From Paraspadella gotoi (Eukaryota; Animalia; Chaetognatha): 64,000 bases of DNA. The notes beneath the pieces are model-generated. The model had not been told where the DNA came from. It saw nothing but the letters and a program-made list of their open reading frames with translations, and searched no databases. Position 1 is the first letter of the stretch, and each line of letters begins with the position of its first letter. Both the position numbers and the translations under genes were made by a program. The stretch is from positions 5,144,740 to 5,208,739 of the forward strand of contig CM119263.1 in the NCBI GenBank assembly GCA_051294375.1, written 5' to 3'. This document shows, in pieces, positions 53,085 to 64,000 of this stretch.

Positions 53085-56071
53085 CTACATCAACTTCCAG
53101 AGATGGCTCGTGATACCCAGAGCCCCTCCTCGCAAGAATCTCACAAAATTGTCCCCAACCAATGGACCTGAAAGGAAATTAAAACTGGGAAAATCATAAA
53201 GAGAAGAAACAAACCTTTAAAAAATCTCACCCATCGCGAAAAGATTCGACTCTTTGGTGCATTCGTAGGTGAAAACGTTAATTTCGAGAGGATTGGTCGC
53301 AGAGTCGATGGTTGTAGGTTCTTTGGCGATTCCAAGAAGGCGTCCCTCCTATGACATAGAAAAACGATTAGGATCGGAAATAATTCTCTTTCACCCCGAC
53401 CAACCGTGCAGACCTGCTCGAGAAAATCGAGTGTGGGTCTCGCGCCTGCGCAGATGAGGACTCCACCGCATTTGATCTTCTTCTCCGTTTTGGTCTCGCG
53501 TTCGCGAATGACGACTTCGCCGCCTTCTAGAAACCTGGACACAGTATAGCCTGTGTTGAAGGAAGAAAAAAGGTAAGACAAATATTGACTAGCAACTTTG
53601 GTTCATTTCAGGTGAGTGATGAGATTGCAGCAATTTAGAATATGCCTCACATCTTTTGATTTTATTTTCTGAAAAGTTTTTTTTTATTTTATGACTATTT
53701 TTAATAAGTTTTAATAATGGTTTAATTTTCCTTCCCTACCTTGAAAAGCGAGATAGCATTGCGTACAACCGCCGCTCTCAGGATCCTGTTGCCCGTTCAT
53801 CATCGCGAATACTTTGTGATACTCCGGGAAAAGCGCCGGAGGAAGATTGTGAAAGATAAGGGAAGGATTGTTGCACTTGCAACGGAAGACGTGAACGACG
53901 GGAATTCCTTTGGATCTGGTTCAGAATAAATTATTATCGATTTAGGCTTCGCATGACCCACCTTATCCAATACCCCACCTAACCTAACCCACCCTCACCC
54001 TCCTCCCCAACCAATAATAACCTGGCGATGGTGATGGCGTCCGCGGCGGTGAGGCCCGCCCCCACGATCATCAGCGGAAGCGAAGAGTCGCAGACGTGAG
54101 AGAGCGGCCTGGAGCTTCTGGAGCGCCGCCTGGGTCGCTCCTCCTCGACGACATCGCTCGACCACTCTTCCTCGCCGGTCCTTTTGCTCTTCTTCGTCTT
54201 GGCCACCGGAACTAAGAGGCCACCGACGATGGCCTCCTCCAGTTCACCAAAGGAATGCATAACGTAAGGGTAATCGTCTTCGCCTTCAACCTGGAGGAAA
54301 TCGCGATGTCAGTTGAGACGAAAAACGAATAACTTTGTAAGAGATTTAAGTATCTCAATCTCATTTACCTACTGTGTTTTGATTAGGCAATTAATAGTTA
54401 TAGCTTTTTAATCTGGTACTGTTAGATAAATAATCTTTAATTCCTTTATGGAATATTGATTCTACATCGGTCCGCCTCGCCACGACCGCGACGTCGATCA
54501 ATCGATTACCGCGAACAAAAGGGCAACTTGGTAATAAGGCGTATCCTTGCAATATTATTTGACTAATCCCTAAGCAATAAGCATTTGAGAATATGAATCT
54601 CTTATCAAATACGAATACGAATAAAATTCAGTAATTTGAGAAATTAATATAAAAAAATATTTATCTCTGATATAGAAACTTATCCATAATAATCAAATCA
54701 AACTAAATCTAATGAAGCAAAGAGTTAATTTAAATAACAGAAAAAGCTAGATAAAGAACTAACTTTAACAACTCGAAGTCAAAGTTACAGCCGCACTTGA
54801 AATCCCCTCACCTCCAACTTGCGCGGTCGATCGTGAGCGCCGGTGGCCAGCACCACATGAGCGGCTTTGGTGATTCTCTCTTCCACCTCCGTCCGTCCAT
54901 TCCCGACGTATTTGCGGTAAGTGGACCTCACCTCCCAATATCCTTTCTGCGAGTGATAACAACCGCATTTGTTGCAAACTTCTTCTTCACCTGAATCGAA
55001 ATTGAATCGGTTGAAATCAACAGTTGTAACAGTTATAATAATTAATAATTGGAATCAGGACGAAAAATCGAATCATTAGCAACGTTAATTATTAATTATG
55101 TAAAAACGAAAACAGAATTAGCTCAGTCCTAACCAGTTTCCGAATCGACCAGCTCTGAGCAAGGGTTGACTTTCTTCACCGAAGTGACGGTGGTGTAGCT
55201 GTAAAAATTTCTTTCCAAATCGTTTTGTCGCACGTAGTCGAGATAGTAAGCGGCGATGTCTCCCACCTAAGAATAAAACCCAATCGAATCAATTATCGTT
55301 CGCTGTTTGTCACATGCAGTCGGCAACGCCACGGGCGCGGGGTGCAAAGGCTTACTTTGACCCTTTGCCCGATGGGCTCCTTCGGGTGCGAGTTTTGTCT
55401 CCAAGACTGAAAATCCATCCCGGGAAGTTCCATCCAAGATCCGGCGGAAACCGTGAGCAAGGAAGACTCGATAGTGTTCCAAGATCCTCCTAAGAGCAAC
55501 GACAGAATGTAAAGCAAACACAGAGACCATTTCCGAGAAATGCTCCCCAACTCACCCGGAGCTCCTCTTCCGAAGACGGCGTAGTCGATGGCTTTCTCAG
55601 GAAAATGACGAAACTCTACGCAAGAGGGATGCTGATCGCCAACGTCTGCCTTGGGCTGCGTCAACGCATCAAAGAGGACGGCCAATGGGTTGGAGGAACG
55701 ACCTTCCAGGCCTTCGGAGAGGAAGGCCAAGTTTTGCTCGACCAGGGAAATCGAGGCGTCGATCTCTGGAAGGCACAATATTGAGTCAGTCTCTGTCTGT
55801 CTCTCGCCGTCTCTATCTCTCTCTCTTTCTTACCCGACAAGTGCCACTGCAGTATCTCGTCCGGGTGGGAGACTCCATTGTAAAAGGGCCAATTCCCAGA
55901 AAGGAAATACGCAAGGCAGATGGCCGAAGGTCCGTTGCCGATGACGGCCACTTTGGTCTTGGCGGGTGGCGCGTCCAGACCCGTGTCGGAACAGGCCCGA
56001 CCCGCGGCCTCCTTCGTTTCCGAGGTCGTTGATTCGGAGACGGCGGCGACTCCCTCCGTCCCGGATGACAT
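53085..56071 (-). CDS. OSGIN: Oxidative stress-induced growth inhibitor (OSGIN1/2-like) flavoprotein, multi-exon
   Basis: VIGNGPSAICLAYFLSG, LSEGLEGRSSNPLAVLFDAL, SWMELPG, IVGAGLTAADAI, GPLVGDNFVRFLRGGAL. Confidence 0.88.
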
Positions 56072-56549
56072 GATTCCTTCGCGTCTCTCAAAAATGAGGA
56101 TTTCAAGCGGCAGCTTTTTTTAGTTTCGCGGATTGTGGCGAGGAATCGCGCCGTGGAATCGAAATGCATCTGAGGAAAGGAAAAGCAGGGATGTACGTAG
56201 GGGTCAAACCTCTTTTTTTTTCAAAATCTCAACTCACCTTTCGTGATTCCCCACATTTTTCGGTCTTAAAAAAAGCAAAGCGAGTATTAAAACTTAAAAA
56301 AGTTGAGGAAAGAAAGAAAGGAAACTTAACATCTGCAAGCAGCTCTCTTGTGAGAATTACAAGCAGCCTACAAGCATTGACCCTAGAGAATAAAAGAAAA
56401 AAGAATTCCGCATGTCATTTTAAGAATGTCTTAAGTAACACCAAATGTAAATAAACAAATTTCGGTATAAATAAGTCATCGCCAAAAAGAGAGGGAGAGA
56501 GAGAAAGGGAGAGGAGAGAAAGATACGACGTCGGCCGTCGAAGTGTCAT

Positions 56550-57281
56550 TCACTTGACTTTTTCACCGTCTTTGTCGTCGTCGTCGAAAATTACGTGAGA
56601 CTGCAACATGTCGAAGAAGAACGAGACAGAGTTGTCGAATAAAACTCTAAATCGGAGGGGAATGAGATAAAAGTTGACGAACTGAGCGGGCGGCCAAATG
56701 CACCACTCGGCCGTGTAGAGGAAGACGCCTTTGGTGAGGATGTTGTCGAGTATCCCTCGCCAGGGAGTTCCCTGCATGACGCCCAACGTCGTCAGAAACA
56801 CGGAGAGACAAAAGGGAGAAAAAATAATCTGATCCACGAGGATTTTCTTTATGATGGCGACGGGATTTTTGCCAGGCATCAGTCGGTGGAGCAAGAGGTA
56901 CCAAAAGTGGCAACAAGGTCCGATGGAGAGTCCGGCGAGAGAGAGGTTGAGCGTTCGACGCCGATCGAATCCTTTTCGTTGCCAGGATTGGACGACTGCG
57001 TCGCCGATTCCGTTCATGACGCAACAAATGAGAGTGTTCGAGTAGAGGAGATTGTGGTCGGCGAAGGCGATTTTCGCCGCGCGACGAATGAGGTTCCTTT
57101 CGTCGCGGATCCATTTCGTCGAGCGACCAACGACGTTGCGATCGTCACGCGACCATTTCGCCGCGCGACGAATCAAGTTCGACTTGGAGTCTCGTTCCGA
57201 CTTCGCGAATTCGCGGATCGAGAGAAACTGACGACGACGTCTCAAAAAGTTTCGAGACGTCGGCAGAAAGTTTTTCATCAT
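56550..57281 (-). CDS. Mpv17/PMP22 family protein, MPV17L2-like (intronless)
   Basis: LLYSNT..GIGDAVVQ, GP..HFWYLLL, KKILVDQIIFSP, WCIWPPAQFVNFYLIP. Confidence 0.88.
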   Translation of the reverse strand: MMKNFLPTSRNFLRRRRQFLSIREFAKSERDSKSNLIRRAAKWSRDDRNVVGRSTKWIRDERNLIRRAAKIAFADHNLLYSNTLICCVMNGIGDAVVQSWQRKGFDRRRTLNLSLAGLSIGPCCHFWYLLLHRLMPGKNPVAIIKKILVDQIIFSPFCLSVFLTTLGVMQGTPWRGILDNILTKGVFLYTAEWCIWPPAQFVNFYLIPLRFRVLFDNSVSFFFDMLQSHVIFDDDDKDGEKVK

Positions 57282-57379
57282 GACTCATGTTGGCTGAAAG
57301 CGAATTGGGTATTTAAATTCAACGCAGCACAAGAAAGCAGATGGAAGTCCGCAACGCAAACAAAAGTTTTCTCTTCCTC

Positions 57380-58033
57380 TCAGTCTGCCAAATCGGATTT
57401 GATGCCCACTTTTTTCAGTTCTTCGATCAAGTCTCCTTCCTGATGCATTTGGATCATGATGTCGCAGCCGCCGATGAATTCTCCGCCCATGTAAACCTGA
57501 TGGCGGAATAACAAGACCAGTCACAGTTTATTCCAACAAATTATTGGTTCCTGCAATTGCAAAGACACTCATGCCTTCATACCTGTGGAATTGTGGGCCA
57601 GTTGCTGTACTCTTTGATACCTTGTCTCAATTCCTCGTCTTCAAGGACGTTGTAAGAATCGAACTTTGTGACTCCGTGCATTCGAAGAATCTGACAAACT
57701 GCGTTGCTGAACCCACACTGGGGTTGTTCAGGGGTTCCTTGTTTTTAAAATTTAAAATTTATAACAATGTATTGAAAGACTGGATAAGGTCGACTACTTA
57801 GATTAGAGATCACTCTCACCTTTCATAAACACCACGACGGGTTTCTCCTGCACCAGACTGTCGATGTGGTTCTTGATGGAAGGCTCTTCCGAGTACCAGC
57901 GTCGCTGAGGCAAAATCCGCGGATTCCAAGCGACTTTCAAGACGACGCTTTGACGCGAGGCCGTGGCGACGATCCCTCGAGCGGCCAAAAGAGGCAAACA
58001 TTTCCTCAAAGATCGATTCAGTTTCGTCGTCAT
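57380..58033 (-). CDS. GLRX5: Mitochondrial monothiol glutaredoxin 5 (3 exons)
   Basis: VVVFMKG|[19 protein letters not shown]|[14 protein letters not shown]; N-terminal transit peptide. Confidence 0.93.
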
Positions 58034-58104
58034 TTCGAACCAGATTTATTTTTTTTCTTCCAAAGAGAGAGAAATCAAAATTGGGGCGAAAAAGAAAAAA
58101 AGGG

Positions 58105-58512
58105 TCAGAAATCGGTGACTCTCCCTTTTCTCTCCCAATCTCCGAATCGAGTGGGTTCGACTCCTTTAGGTCCGCCTCTTTCTCCAGTGACCTCGTTGAC
58201 CCAATCGTCCAAGGGCGAATCTTCGTCGTTAGTTTCGTCTTCGTCCTTCGTCTCCTTTCGCCTCTCTTCGGCCTCCGCAGCCGCCGCCGCAGCCGCCGCA
58301 GCTGCCGCCTCCTGCTTCTTCCCTTCCTCCAAATCGAATCTCCCAACGGGAGTGAAGGGCTTCTTGAGCGGAGGCGAACTTTGCTTCGCCCCGACGACGT
58401 GGGAGGTGGCGAAGGATCTAAGGTTCGGACGGGAGTGAAGTGACGACGACGACCACACCGACGACGATGAAAGTCGCGGGAGACAAAAGATCAAAGAGAA
58501 TCGAGAAGTCAT
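58105..58512 (-). CDS. SDHAF4: Succinate dehydrogenase assembly factor 4 (intronless)
   Basis: C-terminal VNEVTGERGGPKGVEPTRFGDWERKGRVTDF is the Sdh8/SDHAF4 signature. Confidence 0.92.
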   Translation of the reverse strand: MTSRFSLIFCLPRLSSSSVWSSSSLHSRPNLRSFATSHVVGAKQSSPPLKKPFTPVGRFDLEEGKKQEAAAAAAAAAAAEAEERRKETKDEDETNDEDSPLDDWVNEVTGERGGPKGVEPTRFGDWERKGRVTDF

Positions 58513-58758
58513 TCGGTCAGAAGTTTAACTTTATATTTCTCGGAAATGAAAAAAACAAAAATAGAACGAAACGTAAATTTCGTTACAAAAAAAAAAAAAA
58601 AAAACCAAACAAACAAAAAAAAAAACAGCACGCGTAACATGAAAAATCAAATTCTGTAAAAAAAAAGTCAAATTCTAGAAACATTCGCGTTCCCGAAACT
58701 GTCTCTAGTTTTTTTATGTCTCTACACTTCGAATGGCCTGTCAGTTAGAAATGACCCG

Positions 58759-60104
58759 TCAGTTAGACCTCTCTCCCCCGACCTCGATCCCGTTCCCTTT
58801 CCACCACGTCTCGGCCTCAACCCTCCAACGCCACCAGGTGACGCGGCATCTGTCCCACCAGGCGCCGACCGAATCAAACGCCGGACGAACGTCGAGAATC
58901 GTGAAGCGAAAGTCTTTAGTCACTTCGCCGCCGTCGTAATAGTCGATGACGTAGCGGACCTAAGAAGTGTGAGAAAGAGCGTTCGCGTTATGAATGGGAT
59001 AGCGCCACGCCCCTTTCCATTTCACTCGCCTCTTTTCCGTTTCGATCGACGATCCAATCATGACGATCGAAGGGCAACTCGTATCCCAACACCCAGTGGC
59101 GGAAACGCGCGCGCGGCGAATATTCCTGCGCTTTTCCGCCGAAAGATTTCAGTTTGGGATTTCGACATTCGTCGGCGCGAAGAGCCTCCCACTTGAGAAC
59201 CTCCTGAAACCGACAGGAAAAGATCGGGAATATTTGTTAAAATAGCTACGTACGTTCTCACGTTTCTCGCAGCCAAATCCAGGGAAGGTTCTTCCTCAAA
59301 ACAAAATGACAGCTACCTTATGTCTAACCGCGAATGACCCAAAAAAGTCTAACTCTTCAAATTTTGATTGGATACCGTTAAGAGAATTTTCTCCTTTCAC
59401 CTGCCAGGCGTCTTCGTTATTTCGATTGTGAATTTTGATGATGTTATTCATGTCCTCAGGGGCGATGTCTTCGTCTCTCCATCTCCATCCTGTTAAGAGA
59501 GCGAACAACAATTAATTGAATCATGGATGGATAAATGGATGAGTTAATTTATACTTAATTATGTAATTGAATTATTGAATAGATTAATAGATGGAGGAAT
59601 TATTTAACACGAAAGGATATATGAATGAATGCCCCCCCTCAATGATGACCGACCCTTTCTGAGCATGGCGTTCCAAAACATCTGCTCGGAAGGATAGACC
59701 CAAGTCTCTCCATCGGCTTCGGCCTTGGGAATCGTAGATCTCTCGCGTTCGGTTGAGAGAGGAAAGGGTTGTCCCGGCGACGGCCGCTGATTCGGCGGCG
59801 GCATCAAGTTCTTCGGGTCAACGTCCTCCTCTTTCTCTCCCGGCGCCAGAATTAGCGCCGGCGACGCCGACGACGCCGCGTTGAGTTTCTCGGCCATCGG
59901 ACATTCGCTCGGGACTCGGTCGAGGCTTCGGAGGTGGTCCTCCACGGAGATCGAAGGGGCGGCGGCGGCGGCGGCAGGAGCAGCAGGGACTGCAGCGGCA
60001 GTTTTGGTGTGCATGGGGCATTGTGGGGGCGGGGATGAAGCGGGAGGGGGAGCGACTGACGCTGCCACCGCCGGCGAAGCTTCGGTCGAACTTACTCCGC
60101 CCAT
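58759..60104 (-). CDS. HCCS: Holocytochrome c synthase (cytochrome c heme lyase), 4 exons
   Basis: CPM heme motifs, [54 protein letters not shown]. Confidence 0.95.
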
Positions 60105-60224
60105 CTTTTCATTTTTTCTGGGTTAAGTTATGGACTAAAACGGAAATGAGACTAGAAAAGTGAAACGATAGTCGCGTGACTCAACCGGTAATAAGAAAGA
60201 AAGACAGACGAAGGAAAATAAAAA

Positions 60225-62352
<2,128 letters not shown>

Positions 62353-62477
62353 TTTCTCATCTCTGAAAATGTAAAATCGACTTAAAAATAGGACGGCGAA
62401 TTGCGTGTACAAAAAAGGATGAAATAAAATTGGAACAAGGTATAACAAATATCCAAAACAATTTTTTAAAATATGGT

Positions 62478-63590
62478 TCACAAGGTTTCTTTGTCATTGG
62501 AAAGTCTTTTGCTACGTCGACGATCGGAAATTTCTATTTTCGTCTCCCGTTTCTTGGATTTTCGCATCAGCCCTTTGGTTTTTACGTCCTTCTCTACTTT
62601 CATAGTTTTTATTTCGTCGAGGTCAGTTTCAATTTTCTCCATTTTTACATTTCCTATATCGTCTTTTTCGCTTTTGATCTTTTTAACTTTATCCTTTTCC
62701 ACTTTAAATTTCTTCTCATCTCCCTCCCCTTTTGCCATCTTTCTCCTCGTCTTCGCCCCCTCTCCTCCGTCCCCTTTGGGCGCCAAAGGCCCCGCATTTC
62801 CCAGGAACCAAATGGTTCTCCCTTTTCGATCTTTCATCGATCTCATTCCGTCTCGTCCGTAGCATCGAAGCCAACGACCGAATCCCGAATCCCATTTCTC
62901 CTTTGACTCTGAAAAGTATCCTCCTCCTTCGTCGATTCCGATCTCGATCACTTCCTCGGCCAATCCACGAATCAGGTCGAAAACGTCGCCGACGGCCGAC
63001 GCCGCTCCCAACGCCGTCCTGGCGCGCTCGAACGGCGCCGTTCCGAGCTGAAATAGCGCCTCGGCTCTGAGGTAATTGCCGACGCCGTTAAAGAATCTCT
63101 GATCGAGCAAGAGTTCGCAAATGGGCGAGTCAAAGGCCTTTTCTTCCAGTCGTTCGAGAACGCGATCCCGCGCCGCCGCCGTCTCCGTCACGACGCAGGG
63201 TCCCCGCGCCGGATCCCAATCGGCGCCGGGAAACCAGCGACCGAATCGACGGGGGTCGACGAAGCTCAGCGTCTGGAGTCCGTCCTTGGAAAAGAACCGA
63301 AGGTGAGAGTGTTTGGGCAGCGTGTCGGCGGAAGTAAGTTCGAACTTTCCAGACATTCCGAAATGAAAGAGAATGGAGAGGGTGTGGTCGGCATTGTCAA
63401 CGTCCGTCAACGTCATCTTCATCTCTTTTCCTCTCGACTCTGCGTCGATGCGATAATCAACGCAATTCCAAGTTACATCCGGGTTTTTGACGCTGACGTC
63501 GGATTTAACGACAGCTCCACCGAAGGAGACGCGGCGCCCGATCGATCGGACAAGTAATGCCGCCAAGCGGAGCTCAGGACCCTCCGGCAT
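62478..63590 (-). CDS. NEIL1: Endonuclease VIII-like DNA glycosylase NEIL1 (intronless, 370 aa)
   Basis: MPEGPEL N-terminus, SRGKE, HFGMSG, FVDPRRFG, LLDQRFFNGVGNYLRAE (H2TH), basic C-tail. Confidence 0.94.
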   Translation of the reverse strand: MPEGPELRLAALLVRSIGRRVSFGGAVVKSDVSVKNPDVTWNCVDYRIDAESRGKEMKMTLTDVDNADHTLSILFHFGMSGKFELTSADTLPKHSHLRFFSKDGLQTLSFVDPRRFGRWFPGADWDPARGPCVVTETAAARDRVLERLEEKAFDSPICELLLDQRFFNGVGNYLRAEALFQLGTAPFERARTALGAASAVGDVFDLIRGLAEEVIEIGIDEGGGYFSESKEKWDSGFGRWLRCYGRDGMRSMKDRKGRTIWFLGNAGPLAPKGDGGEGAKTRRKMAKGEGDEKKFKVEKDKVKKIKSEKDDIGNVKMEKIETDLDEIKTMKVEKDVKTKGLMRKSKKRETKIEISDRRRSKRLSNDKETL

Positions 63591-64000
63591 CCTTTTGCAG
63601 TTTGCGCTGAGTCTTAATAAAATATTATTTTAACTTAATATTCTGTTTATAATCTAAAACATTTATTATTACCCAATACAACTAGCTGGAAATAAAAATA
63701 GACGTTCATACCGGATTTAGTCAACGGCCATGTTAGCATATGGATTTTAAATTCGAGTTAAATGAAAAGATCAAATACTAAATCGTTATTTATAGCGACT
63801 TTAGATTTTGCTGACGTTTTTTATTCTTCAACTCCCACTAGTCAAGATTGCTCACTTTTATAGTTAAACTAACTAATAAATGTAAAAGAATTTAAAATAT
63901 TCCGCTCAAATTTTTTCACGAGTTTAAAATTAAGGTATCAATTTTTGGGGAAAAAAAGTTGCAAAAAAAGCTCCTGCAAGGCAAGCACCCCAGTTTTTAT

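Overview
Eukaryotic (animal) draft-assembly window with N-gaps and two very different halves. Bases ~1-22.5 kb are gene-poor and saturated with (GA)n/(GTC)n microsatellites; they also hold a ~2.2 kb tandem triplication (possibly an assembly artefact) and Tc1/MITE relics. A spliced SMYD-family (SET+MYND) gene lies on + at 22.8-26.5 kb. From 31.1 to 63.6 kb there are 16 consecutive genes, ALL on the minus strand: NEIL1, COX15, HCCS, SDHAF4, GLRX5, MPV17L2-like, OSGIN-like, SCARB2/CD36-like, CYB5R, ALT/GPT, ATG9, two TMEM205 paralogs, DLD, HSF and PET100. Stop-to-start gaps are as short as 71-125 nt, splice-acceptor-like sites sit just upstream of many start codons, several normally intron-rich genes are intronless, and mitochondrial/redox functions are strongly enriched. 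The best interpretation is a large polycistronic eukaryotic operon (or a chain of operons) resolved by spliced-leader trans-splicing; this is inference and needs RNA data. Gene identities come from recalled protein motifs, and exon boundaries were read by eye.
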